A stretch of DNA of 64,000 bases from Deltaproteobacteria bacterium. GTDB taxonomy: Bacteria > Desulfobacterota > Syntrophorhabdia > Syntrophorhabdales > JANXAF01. The DNA is taken from assembly GCA_026417175.1 (NCBI GenBank), contig JAOADT010000004.1:29519-93518 (forward strand), written 5' to 3'. Of the stretch, positions 7,890 through 17,612 are shown one piece after another. Every line of letters starts with the position of its first letter. Position 1 is the first letter of the stretch. The notes under the pieces were generated by a model, which made no database searches, was not told the origin of the DNA, and worked only from the letters and a program-made list of their open reading frames with translations. Both the position numbers and the translations under genes were made by a program.

Positions 7890-9236
7890 TTACTCATCTT
7901 CGCACAATTTTATAACTCCATTTTCCATCAACACTTGAACCTCTTCCCTAGCCCTCCTTATCTTTTCCTCTGCCATTTTGAAAAGTTCTTTTTCAGAAAA
8001 GGAGAGTCTTGCAACATTTTGTTCTATAGCCTTTTTTGCCACCGCTACTGCAACCCTAGGAAAGACCTCCCATTCCTCCATGGTGGGCACCAAGTATTCC
8101 TCATGTAGTCCCCTATCCTCCGCACATTTAGCAAGTTCATAGGCTGCAGCGATACACATCTCGTCAGTTATCATTCTTGCCCGCACATCTAATGCTCCCC
8201 GGAATACGGCTGGAAAACCTAATGAATTGTTGACCTGATTGGGAAAATCACTTCTTCCAGTTGCAACAACCCTCGCTCCTGCTTCCTTTGCTTCCCAAGG
8301 CCACATTTCGGGTATGGGATTCGCGCATAGAAATGCTATCGCATTTGGGGCCATCTTCCCTATCCATTCTTTTTGGATGACCCCGGGTCCTGGCTTCGAG
8401 AGAGCAATAAGGACATCCTGCCCAACTAGTGCTTCCTCTATTCCTCCATCTCTTCCCTCTACGTTGGTTATTCTTGAAAACTCAATTTTTTCCTTATAAC
8501 TCTCCGCTATGTCATCCCTTTTGGTATTTAGAATTCCCTTACTGTCCACAATAATCATCTTCCTGGGATCCGCACCGGCCTTTATCAGAAGCTTTGCTAT
8601 GCATACATTAGCAGCTCCAAAGCCAACAAGCGTTATTTTTACATCTTCTAGTCTTTTTTTTACGAGTTTCAGCGCGTTTATTAGTCCAGCCAATGTGACT
8701 AGAGCAGTACCCTGTTGGTCATCATGCCAGACGGGAATTGGAGACTCCGCTCTGAGTCTCTCAAGAATATAAAAACATTTTGGATTTTCGATATCTTCAA
8801 GGTTTATTCCTCCAAATGAGGGGGCTAGTAATTTAACGGTCCTAATAAACTCTTCTGCATCCACGGTGTCAAGACAAATGGGAAAGGCATCTACTCCTCC
8901 TAGATACTTGAAGAGTATAGCCTTCCCTTCCATAACAGGCAAGGCGGCTAATGGACCAATGTTACCCAGACCTAAAACTCTCGTTCCGTCAGTTATGACT
9001 GCAACCGTGTTTCCCTTATTAGTGTGCTCGAAAACGTTCTCCGGATCTCTAAATATCTCTTTACAGGGTTCGGCAACCCCGGGTGTATACCATATGGAGA
9101 AGTCTTCTAAATTCCTTATGGCGCACTTCGGTATAACCTCTATCTTTCCTTTATACAGTGGATGAAGCTTCAAGGCACGGATTCCAGGTTTCTTTGCCTT
9201 TTCTAAAAGCTCTTGTTCACTTTTCCGCCTATCCAT
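7890..9236 (-). CDS. NAD(P)-dependent malic enzyme (short form, no PTA domain)
   Basis: YTPGVAEPC, GNIGPLAALPVMEGKAILFK and GINLEDI motifs; 448 aa. Confidence 0.9.
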   Translation of the reverse strand: MDRRKSEQELLEKAKKPGIRALKLHPLYKGKIEVIPKCAIRNLEDFSIWYTPGVAEPCKEIFRDPENVFEHTNKGNTVAVITDGTRVLGLGNIGPLAALPVMEGKAILFKYLGGVDAFPICLDTVDAEEFIRTVKLLAPSFGGINLEDIENPKCFYILERLRAESPIPVWHDDQQGTALVTLAGLINALKLVKKRLEDVKITLVGFGAANVCIAKLLIKAGADPRKMIIVDSKGILNTKRDDIAESYKEKIEFSRITNVEGRDGGIEEALVGQDVLIALSKPGPGVIQKEWIGKMAPNAIAFLCANPIPEMWPWEAKEAGARVVATGRSDFPNQVNNSLGFPAVFRGALDVRARMITDEMCIAAAYELAKCAEDRGLHEEYLVPTMEEWEVFPRVAVAVAKKAIEQNVARLSFSEKELFKMAEEKIRRAREEVQVLMENGVIKLCEDE

Positions 9237-9338
9237 TTCAGCTCCTTAAAAATTGTACACATAACACTAAAAAAGTGAAACAAAATTTTGCTTAACTTTT
9301 CACGTAAAATATCGATAATATTATAGTCAGAGGGGATT

Positions 9339-10178
9339 GTGTATCGATCTGTAAGAGATGAGCTAATAAATAGTGCAGTTTCACTCAAACTTTCTCCCTC
9401 CTTCGCATCAGTTGCTGAAAAACTTCTCACGATGATAGAAAGAGATGATGTAAGTTTGAGTGAGATAGCAGATCTTATAAAATGCGACTTAGGTATGGCA
9501 ACAAAAATAATAAGCATTGCCAATTCAGCCTATTACAGTAGAGGCAACCCGATTTTAAGTTTAAATCAGGCCATCTTGACCATTGGACTAAACGAGGTAA
9601 AAAACATAATCGTATGCATGGTTTTCTTAAATAACATACTAAGGGGGACAAAGTTAAAAGAAGATGATCTAATTTTCATGTGGACTCATTCTCTTTTCGT
9701 CGCATGCTGTGCGCGGCTTCTTTCTAAAAGGCTTCTAATAGACGATCCTGAAAAAGTCTTTACAGTTTCTCTATTCCATGATATTGGAAAACTCGTCTTC
9801 TTTATGAACATCGATTGGTATAGGGAAAACATAGAGGAAGCGATCAAAAAAAAGATTCCGTTAATCGATATAGAATCAGAAAGATATGGTGTTTCTCACA
9901 CTGAAATAGGCTCCATTTTGGCTAAAAAATGGAAGTTTCCCGATATATTTGGTTATGTGATAAAGAACCACTGTATTACATGGGACGGATATGGTGATCC
10001 TTCTCAAGTTTCACTGATCGGCCTCATAAATGCATCCAATACGTTCTATTATTTCAAGGACATACCTGATCTTCCTTACGGTTACATTCTAAAGAATGAG
10101 CATCAGATAATTGAAGAGGAAGTGGAGAAATTTATTGAACTTATAAATTCAAGGAAGAAGGGGGACTATGAAGACTAA
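9339..10178 (+). CDS. HDOD domain signalling protein
   Basis: LSEIADLIKCDLGMATKIISIANSAYY and HDIGKLVF are typical of HDOD. GTG start preceded by GAGGGG. Confidence 0.82.
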   Translation: MYRSVRDELINSAVSLKLSPSFASVAEKLLTMIERDDVSLSEIADLIKCDLGMATKIISIANSAYYSRGNPILSLNQAILTIGLNEVKNIIVCMVFLNNILRGTKLKEDDLIFMWTHSLFVACCARLLSKRLLIDDPEKVFTVSLFHDIGKLVFFMNIDWYRENIEEAIKKKIPLIDIESERYGVSHTEIGSILAKKWKFPDIFGYVIKNHCITWDGYGDPSQVSLIGLINASNTFYYFKDIPDLPYGYILKNEHQIIEEEVEKFIELINSRKKGDYED

Positions 10179-12087
10179 CAGAGAACAAGTGTCAAAAGCA
10201 GTAAACTTCCAATGGGACATGTATGAAAGATTCTTGAACATATACTCCATACTCCTCAAACTCACTGAGCTTTTCGAAAGGAGAGAAAAGATTATTGAGC
10301 AAATCCCGGAAGTACTTGTGAGGGGAACAGACTTCGATACATGCTATGCAGTGCTCATGGAAGAAAATGGTGTAAGGGAAGGATTTTACAGCCATTTAAC
10401 AAGAATACCAGACATACACCTTCAATCCATCGAGAGAATCAACAGAGAGGCGCTTTCTCCCTCTGTATTTTTTGACACTCTCGGATATGGAGTTTTATAT
10501 ATCCATCCGATTGTGTTTGATTTCGAAATCAAGGGATTTATCGTTTTAGGTAAAAAGGATGTCGCGCAAAAAGAAAAGATTGGAGTTAAAGAACTTGAGG
10601 TAATATTAGGCATATTTAACCGACTCTTGGCATTTTCCGCCCTTAAAGAACTTGATTTTACTAAGTATTTACCAAGCGCTCTCCTTTTACTAGACAACAA
10701 GGGTACAATTGTTTATTCGAATGAGAAGGCCAGAAATCTGCTTTCCTCTTTCTCGAGGATCATAGAGGGTCGCAAAATAGAACACATATTTCCTGATTTT
10801 GATACATCTTTACTTTACGATGAAAAGCCATTCGTAGGGGAACTCAGTTTCAAGACTTCAGAGGGGCATAAGGTTTATGAGGTTGAACTCTATCCCATAA
10901 TAGACAAAAAGGGGAAGACCGTTCTTAAAGGCATGACTATGAGGGATATATCAGCTCTAAAGACAATGGAAGAAGAATCATTCTATAGAGAGAAAATGGA
11001 AACCCTGGGGCTTCTTTCTGCTGGTATCGCACATGATTTTAACAATCTTTTAACTGGTATTCTCGGTTACGCCTCGATGCTAAAAGGTTTCTTGTCGCAG
11101 GACGAGAAACTTTTGAAGTATGCAGAAGTTATAGAAAGATCCGCTGTGCGAGCCTCTAACTTAACCAAACATCTCCTCAATTTTTCAAGAAGGCAAAAAA
11201 AACCGTCTATGGAATTTGATCTTCACGTGATTCTCGACGATAGTTTATTTTTAATCGGCGAAAGCTTTAGGGACATAGCCATTAAGAAAGAATTTGAACC
11301 GTACCAGTTTCTCATAAAAGGTGATGAGTCTGAATTTCAGCATGTCTTCCTCAATCTTTTTATGAATGCCAAAGATGCCATGGAGGGCTCGGGAACACTG
11401 TTTGTGGAAACGAAAAGGTTAATCATAGGGGGAAAAGAATTTGTAAGGGTTACTGTGGAGGACACAGGACGAGGAATGGATGAAGAGGTTCTGGAAAAAC
11501 TTTTTAAACCCTATTTTACCACAAAGGCCTTTGGTGGGCATCTGGGTCTCGGCCTTTACAGGGTTGAAAAAACGGTCAAGAAGTATGGCGGGTTCATCGA
11601 AGTTCAAAGCCAGAAAGGAAAGGGTACGAGATTCTATGTATATCTTCCATTAACATACGGCAAATCCGAAACGAAGACCGAAAGTATGGAGGCTTTTCAA
11701 AGGCAGAGGTCTAAACCGCAGAAAAAAAAGATCTTGGTTGTGGACGATGAAGACTTCATTTGTGATATGTTCAAACATGTCCTTTCTGACAAATTCGATA
11801 TAACCTGCTGTCTAAGTGGAGAAGAAGCTTTAAAGGAAATTGATAGGAGTGATTTTGATATTATCGTGCTTGACATAATTATGCCGGGAATAAAAGGAGA
11901 CGAGGTTTTGAGAAAGATCAGGGAAACGGGAAAGGAAGTGAAAGTCATTGTTTCCAGTGGTTACATGCGCGAAGACCAGAGAGAAAAGATAAAAAAGTTG
12001 AAAGTTGAGGCCTTTCTTGACAAACCCTTCAGAGAGGAAGACATTCTAAGAACTATAAGTAAACTGGTTAAAGATCAAGACGAATAG
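10168..12087 (+). CDS. Hybrid sensor histidine kinase / response regulator (sensory N-term, PAS, HisKA, HATPase_c, REC)
   Basis: H-box SAGIAHDFNNLLTGILGYA, N-box NLFMNAKDA, G-boxes DTGRGM and GLGLGL. C-terminal receiver KKILVVDDEDF ... DIIMPG. Confidence 0.9.
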   Translation: MKTNREQVSKAVNFQWDMYERFLNIYSILLKLTELFERREKIIEQIPEVLVRGTDFDTCYAVLMEENGVREGFYSHLTRIPDIHLQSIERINREALSPSVFFDTLGYGVLYIHPIVFDFEIKGFIVLGKKDVAQKEKIGVKELEVILGIFNRLLAFSALKELDFTKYLPSALLLLDNKGTIVYSNEKARNLLSSFSRIIEGRKIEHIFPDFDTSLLYDEKPFVGELSFKTSEGHKVYEVELYPIIDKKGKTVLKGMTMRDISALKTMEEESFYREKMETLGLLSAGIAHDFNNLLTGILGYASMLKGFLSQDEKLLKYAEVIERSAVRASNLTKHLLNFSRRQKKPSMEFDLHVILDDSLFLIGESFRDIAIKKEFEPYQFLIKGDESEFQHVFLNLFMNAKDAMEGSGTLFVETKRLIIGGKEFVRVTVEDTGRGMDEEVLEKLFKPYFTTKAFGGHLGLGLYRVEKTVKKYGGFIEVQSQKGKGTRFYVYLPLTYGKSETKTESMEAFQRQRSKPQKKKILVVDDEDFICDMFKHVLSDKFDITCCLSGEEALKEIDRSDFDIIVLDIIMPGIKGDEVLRKIRETGKEVKVIVSSGYMREDQREKIKKLKVEAFLDKPFREEDILRTISKLVKDQDE

Positions 12088-12089
12088 AG

Positions 12090-12863
12090 TTAAAAGATTC
12101 TATCCTTTCTGAAAAAAAGATATTTTCTTTCAATAAGATTTATTGGCTTTTTGAGAAGAGAAAAATTCTGTGCAAATGTATATAGAACGTCGGACAGTCC
12201 CAACTTTTTTGCATCTTCATGCATAGATGCCAGGTGATAGTAAAGAGATCCTTTTTCCTCAAATTCTTTAAGAAGCTCATTAGGGCTTTTTTTCTTTTTC
12301 TTGGTCAATTCTTCCGCTCTTTTTTTCAGATACTCTGGAAACATCCCCGAAAGGAAAAGTGTTGTATCAGCTATTCGCTTTAAAAGGGGAAACCTTTTAT
12401 CTTCCTCTAAATAGTTAAGTTCTTCCTCTAAAGCATCGATATCCAAACTACTCTGTTTAAACTTGTAAAGCTTTTTGCGTATAATTAGGTAGATTGAAAA
12501 TGATTTTACTTTTGTGAAAGAAGCAAGAAGTGATGCAAGGTAGTTTATCACGTCCCTTTTGTGTAAGACGTCCGAAAGTATATCTGTATCGAAAACGTAT
12601 ACGCTATGTAGCCCATGTTTTTCAACAGTGTAACTCTCCCATTTCAGTTCCCTCTGCGCCCTTTTGAGAAGAACTTTGAAAAATAAGAAGGGGGAGATTT
12701 TTAATAAAATTTCTTCATCGCTCATTATCCTTTTAAACAGCATTTCATCACTTAATATTTCTTCTAGGTACTCATTATCTCTTAAATAGTTTTCTGGTAG
12801 AGCTAGGGTTTCAGAAATAAAACGAATATCTTTTGAAGTGAGTTCAGGTGCCCAGTGCCTCAC
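12090..12863 (-). CDS. Hypothetical protein, last gene of the dcw-extended operon
   Basis: 257-aa ORF with host-like K/E/L-rich composition and a GTG start 21 nt downstream of the radical SAM gene. I recognise no motif. Confidence 0.55.
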   Translation of the reverse strand: MRHWAPELTSKDIRFISETLALPENYLRDNEYLEEILSDEMLFKRIMSDEEILLKISPFLFFKVLLKRAQRELKWESYTVEKHGLHSVYVFDTDILSDVLHKRDVINYLASLLASFTKVKSFSIYLIIRKKLYKFKQSSLDIDALEEELNYLEEDKRFPLLKRIADTTLFLSGMFPEYLKKRAEELTKKKKKSPNELLKEFEEKGSLYYHLASMHEDAKKLGLSDVLYTFAQNFSLLKKPINLIERKYLFFRKDRIF

Positions 12864-12884
12864 ATGTAAAACATAAAACTTTTT

Positions 12885-14501
12885 TCATTCATTCTTCAAC
12901 TTGGATAAAAAAATTTCAAATGCTTTATAAAGATCTTCCTTGCTTCTAGTTCCTTCTATGAAATCCCATGGAAATATCTCATCTCTTTCTCGTTCCCTGT
13001 AAACGTAGAATCCCAGATTTACAGGACTTTCGAGCATTATTTTTCTCAGGTTATCCCCTTCCGCTAACTTTTGTACGACAAAGCCAAGCCTCCTGTCCCC
13101 CCTGGCTAAGATAGCCTGGATAAAACTATATTTGATCGATTCGTGAGTAAAAATTAAACTTCCCAACTTTTTAATCTTTGATCTGAGCCATTTTGTTTTT
13201 TCTTCCAGACTATCTAAGTTATCCATTCTCGTCCATTGAAGGGGTGTTCCGGGTTTAGGTACGAAGGGACTGATATGAATTGTAAGCCTCGACATAAATC
13301 CACGAGGGGCCATTTTTTTTACAGCCACGTGTCTTATCTTTTTTGCAAGTTCAAATATAGCCTCTATGTCTTCCATTTTTTCGTCTGGAAGGCCGATCAT
13401 GAAATAAAGTTTTAAATTAAAACCTGCAATATTGAAGATTTTTTCTATATTTGAAATTATCTCTTCATCGCTGATAGGCTTACCGATAGCTCTTCTTAGT
13501 CTAAAAGATCCTGCCTCGATCCCAAACGTTAATGTCTTTACCCGATCCTTTATAACCTCAAGGAGTTCATATGGGATCTTATCGATCCTGAGGGAGGGTA
13601 AGTGCAAATTCTTCCCTCGATCACTTAGATACCCAATTATTCTCGGGAGAGTATTAAGAAACGACACCCCTCCACCTAAAAGGCCAATGTCATCTATATT
13701 TTTTTCTGCTGCTTCATAAATTGATTTCTCATCCACTCTAAAATCATATACATTCCCCATAAGGCAAAATGGACAACGTGAAGGGCAGCCCCTTGTTCCT
13801 TCCACGAGATACATATTTGCGAATTCTGTGTCGGTTGAGAGTATCACGGAACGGCCTAATGGTTCACCTCTATAATAGTTCACTTTTACTTTAAAATCCG
13901 AAGGTTCAAAAGATGAGACTTTTCCGTCATCTCTGTAGTTTATCTTTAGGAAAGAAGGATTATATACCCACGGAAATTTAGATAGTTCTTCTAGGATCTT
14001 ACCCCTGGCCTTTTCTCTAGCCTGAAGATAGGAATCCATAAATTCATGGATTGTTGCCTCCACATCTCCCATGATAAAGAGATCGAAGAAATCAGATATG
14101 GGTTCGGGATTAGCAATTACGGTTATGCCACCCGCCACAATAATAGGAATGGGTTCTTTATCGTTCCTTTCTTTACGTAACAAAGGAATACCGGAATTTT
14201 TTAGAATAGAAGCGACATTTATATAATTAAGTTCATAGGAGAACGTAAAAAAAAGGATCTCAAACGAAGAGAGAGTTCTTTTGGACTCTAAAGAGAAAGA
14301 TTCGCTACCCTTTTCAAAAAAAGCTCTCTCACAAACAATATCTTCTATCCCATTCAAAGTGCAGTAAAGTAAGTGTAGGGCAAGATTTGACATCCCCACA
14401 AAGTAAGAATCTGGATAAACTATACATACGGGTACCCGATTCCTCCAATTCTTTTTTATAAATCCTTTCTCATTTATTACCTCTCGCACCTTTCTTATCA
14501 A
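12885..14501 (-). CDS. Radical SAM protein with N-terminal B12-binding-like domain (TIGR03960-like architecture)
   Basis: Cluster motif CPSRCPFC (CxxxCxxC). N-terminus IVYPDSYFVGMSNLALHLLY resembles the large uncharacterised radical SAM family. TTG start 2 nt after the ftsZ stop. Confidence 0.8.
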   Translation of the reverse strand: MIRKVREVINEKGFIKKNWRNRVPVCIVYPDSYFVGMSNLALHLLYCTLNGIEDIVCERAFFEKGSESFSLESKRTLSSFEILFFTFSYELNYINVASILKNSGIPLLRKERNDKEPIPIIVAGGITVIANPEPISDFFDLFIMGDVEATIHEFMDSYLQAREKARGKILEELSKFPWVYNPSFLKINYRDDGKVSSFEPSDFKVKVNYYRGEPLGRSVILSTDTEFANMYLVEGTRGCPSRCPFCLMGNVYDFRVDEKSIYEAAEKNIDDIGLLGGGVSFLNTLPRIIGYLSDRGKNLHLPSLRIDKIPYELLEVIKDRVKTLTFGIEAGSFRLRRAIGKPISDEEIISNIEKIFNIAGFNLKLYFMIGLPDEKMEDIEAIFELAKKIRHVAVKKMAPRGFMSRLTIHISPFVPKPGTPLQWTRMDNLDSLEEKTKWLRSKIKKLGSLIFTHESIKYSFIQAILARGDRRLGFVVQKLAEGDNLRKIMLESPVNLGFYVYRERERDEIFPWDFIEGTRSKEDLYKAFEIFLSKLKNE

Positions 14502-14503
14502 TG

Positions 14504-15658
14504 CTAGTCAGCCTGCTTTCTCATGAATGTAGGAATCTCATACCTTTCGTCTCCTAAGTCTGCCTGCTCGCCTTTTCTTTTTAGCTCTTTATAATCTATT
14601 GTCACATTTCTCCTTATAAATGGTGGCAGGTCATCTTGGTTAAAAAGACCCACGTTCTTAATACTCTCTCTTACCTCGTCTTTTATTTGAACCTTTTCTT
14701 CAAAGCCGGTGGCTATGACGGTGATTCTAATCCTGTCTCCCATAGACTCATCAAAGACTAGACCCCATATAACTCGGGCCTCTGGATGGGCCTGCTCTTG
14801 GATCATGGAAGAGGCGTCATTTACTTCATACAAAGTCATATCTTTGCTTCCCGTGATGTTTATAAGTACGCCCCGGGCACCATTTATGGAAATGTCTTCC
14901 AATAGTGGACTATAAATGGCTTTTTGAGCTGCCTCTCTAGCCCTATTTTCTCCCTGCGCTTCTCCAACTCCCATAATGGCCATTCCCCTCTCCGACATTA
15001 TGGTCTTCACATCGGCAAAATCCACGACCACGTGACCTGACCCAACGATGAGGTCAGATATACTTCTAACCGCATTCATCAAAACCTCGTCAGCTCGGTA
15101 AAAAGCCTCAATTATGGACATGTGCTTTCCGCCTACTGACATCAAACGTTGGTTTGGTATAGTTATCAGAGAGTCTACTCTCTGTTTCAGTTCTATTATT
15201 CCCCTTTCTGCTTGATTCATCCTTATCTGTCCCTCAAAGGCAAAAGGTTTCGTAGCTATAGCAACCGTAAGTGCTCCCAGTTCTTTCGCTATTTCAGCGA
15301 TTACCGGAGAGGCACCTGTTCCCGTGCCTCCTCCCAACCCGCATGTTATAAAGACCATGTCTGCCCCCCTGAGATGCTCAGTGATAACATCTATGTCTTC
15401 AAGTGCCGCCTTTCTCCCAACCTCTGGGTCAGCACCAGCTCCTAAACCTCTTGTAAGCTTTGATCCTATCTGAATCTTTATTGGAGCTTTACAAAGCCTT
15501 AAGGACTTTACATCGGTATTCACAGCGATAAATTCAACACCTCTGATATTAGCCTCAACCATGTTATTAAGCGCATTACATCCACCACCGCCTACCCCCA
15601 CAACCTTTAAATTGGCTGAAAAACCGTTCCCTTCCTCAAGATAAAAAGTGCTGCTCAT
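14504..15658 (-). CDS. ftsZ: Cell division GTPase FtsZ
   Basis: GVGGGGCNA and the tubulin signature GGGTGTGASPV; C-terminal tail IPTFMRKQAD. Confidence 0.97.
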   Translation of the reverse strand: MSSTFYLEEGNGFSANLKVVGVGGGGCNALNNMVEANIRGVEFIAVNTDVKSLRLCKAPIKIQIGSKLTRGLGAGADPEVGRKAALEDIDVITEHLRGADMVFITCGLGGGTGTGASPVIAEIAKELGALTVAIATKPFAFEGQIRMNQAERGIIELKQRVDSLITIPNQRLMSVGGKHMSIIEAFYRADEVLMNAVRSISDLIVGSGHVVVDFADVKTIMSERGMAIMGVGEAQGENRAREAAQKAIYSPLLEDISINGARGVLINITGSKDMTLYEVNDASSMIQEQAHPEARVIWGLVFDESMGDRIRITVIATGFEEKVQIKDEVRESIKNVGLFNQDDLPPFIRRNVTIDYKELKRKGEQADLGDERYEIPTFMRKQAD

Positions 15659-15669
15659 ATATCCCTCCT

Positions 15670-16914
15670 TTAAAATGTCTCTTCAAACCACTTTCTCATT
15701 CTACTTAGGAGATTTCTCGTCTCCATAAAGTACTTAGAGCTTCTCCTTTTTCTCCTTCCTTTTTCCTTAAAGTGCCTCATACCGTACAGTACTAGACCCA
15801 CGCCGGTAGAATAAATCGGATTATTGATAACATCCACAAGACCACCAACACCTTGTGGATAACCCCTTCTCACAGGCATGTTATTAAACACATTTTCAAA
15901 AAGCTCTACTATTCCTTCAAGATTTGCCGTACCCCCTGTAATAACTGCCCCAGATGCCAAAATCCTTTCAGTACCCGATTTCCTTATTTCCTCATAAATC
16001 ATCCTTCCAATCTCTTCTACCCTGGGCTCAATGATGTCAGCCAGGGTTTTCCTCATTAAAACTCTAGGTTTCCTTCCGCCTACACTCGGAACCTCAATAG
16101 TCTCATTTGCCCCAACCATTCCTGAAAAGGCACAACCGTGCTTCTTTTTTATCTTTTCGGCTTCCTCTAATGGGGTTCTCAGACCGATAGCTATGTCATT
16201 AGTTATGTTGTTTCCTCCAAAAGGGATTATAGACGTGAACTTTATACTTCCATTTGAGAATATGGCTATATCACTCGTACCACCCCCGATATCTATTAAT
16301 GCAACCCCTATCTCCTTCTCCTCCGGACTTAATGTGGCCTCCGAAGAGGCAAGTTGACCTACAACAATATCTTCCACTTCTAGTCCAGCCATCTTTAAAC
16401 ACTTTAGAATATTTTGCGCCGCTGAAACACTGCCAGTTATGATGTGTACCTTCACTTCTAGTCTTACGCCCTGTATACCAAGGGGGTCCTTTATGCCATC
16501 CTGATCATCAACTATGTACTCTTGAGGAATTACATGGATGATCTGCCTGTCTGCAGGGATCGCAACCGCCTTCGCAGCATCTATAGCTCTTATTATGTCG
16601 TCTTCCTTTACTTCTTTTTCTTTTATGGCGACAACGCCGTTACTATTAAAACTCTTTATGTGAGCGCCACCTATGGATGCGATACAACTAGTTATTTTAA
16701 CTCCTGCCATGAGCTCTGCTTCGTGCACCGCCTTTTTAATGGAGTTTATGGTGTTGTCCATATTCACTACAACACCTTTTCTTAAACCAGAGGATGGGTG
16801 TGATCCTATACCTACAATGTTTATCTTACCTTCTGAAACCTTAGAAACGACTACACAGATCTTTGTTGTGCCTATGTCAATTCCTACTATCACTTCCTCT
16901 TCCTTTACCATCAT
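15670..16914 (-). CDS. ftsA: Cell division protein FtsA
   Basis: Actin-fold motifs GIDIGTTKICVVV and DIGGGTSDIA; upstream of ftsZ. Confidence 0.95.
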   Translation of the reverse strand: MMVKEEEVIVGIDIGTTKICVVVSKVSEGKINIVGIGSHPSSGLRKGVVVNMDNTINSIKKAVHEAELMAGVKITSCIASIGGAHIKSFNSNGVVAIKEKEVKEDDIIRAIDAAKAVAIPADRQIIHVIPQEYIVDDQDGIKDPLGIQGVRLEVKVHIITGSVSAAQNILKCLKMAGLEVEDIVVGQLASSEATLSPEEKEIGVALIDIGGGTSDIAIFSNGSIKFTSIIPFGGNNITNDIAIGLRTPLEEAEKIKKKHGCAFSGMVGANETIEVPSVGGRKPRVLMRKTLADIIEPRVEEIGRMIYEEIRKSGTERILASGAVITGGTANLEGIVELFENVFNNMPVRRGYPQGVGGLVDVINNPIYSTGVGLVLYGMRHFKEKGRRKRRSSKYFMETRNLLSRMRKWFEETF

Positions 16915-17612
16915 CCCTCCTGTCTTTCTCGAATAATCGCTCCCTTTTCAAATCTGGCATCTATGCACCTTATGAGAAGCCCCCTCTTTTTCGCATCTTC
17001 CATAATTCTTATTGCCTTTTTTAGCCTATTTTCAAACTCTTCCTTTCCCAGGATAATCTCGATCTTTTCAGAACTTATTATACGAAGACCGTTCTCGGAG
17101 TCTACCAGTTCTGATATGAAGCTTCTTTGTATTATCCCTCCGGATATCCAACGGCTGACAAGCTCCAAGATCTTTTTTGCCTCACTCTCGCTTCTGGCGT
17201 GAATGAGAAGCATATCTGACCTTTCGCTCCTTACGAGGTCTCTGAATACCCGTCCTTCCTCGTCCAGCACTTTTAGTGTACCGTCATTTCTAACCCATAT
17301 TGCGCATGGAATCTTTTCCTTTATCTCTATATGAAGAGAGAAGGGGTAAACCCTTTTTATTTTCACATCCCTCACATAAGGATGACGCATTATTTCTTCT
17401 CTCATTTTCTCTACATTTACGCTCAGGATGTTTAAGCCCATATAAGGGGTAATTATAGCAGCTATCTCATTTTCTAAGCACTGCCTACACCCTGAAATTT
17501 TGAGCCCTTTTAGCAAAAAAAGGGGTTCTTTTTTTGAGAAAAGATGAAAAGCTATAGCGATCGATATAAACGATAAACACATGATAAAAACAAGGTGAAT
17601 TGGCTTCCTCAC
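16911..17612 (-). CDS. ftsQ: Cell division protein FtsQ/DivIB (POTRA)
   Basis: Single N-terminal TM helix and a POTRA-like region (LKISGCRQCLENEI...). Positioned between ddl and ftsA. Confidence 0.8.
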   Translation of the reverse strand: MRKPIHLVFIMCLSFISIAIAFHLFSKKEPLFLLKGLKISGCRQCLENEIAAIITPYMGLNILSVNVEKMREEIMRHPYVRDVKIKRVYPFSLHIEIKEKIPCAIWVRNDGTLKVLDEEGRVFRDLVRSERSDMLLIHARSESEAKKILELVSRWISGGIIQRSFISELVDSENGLRIISSEKIEIILGKEEFENRLKKAIRIMEDAKKRGLLIRCIDARFEKGAIIRERQEG

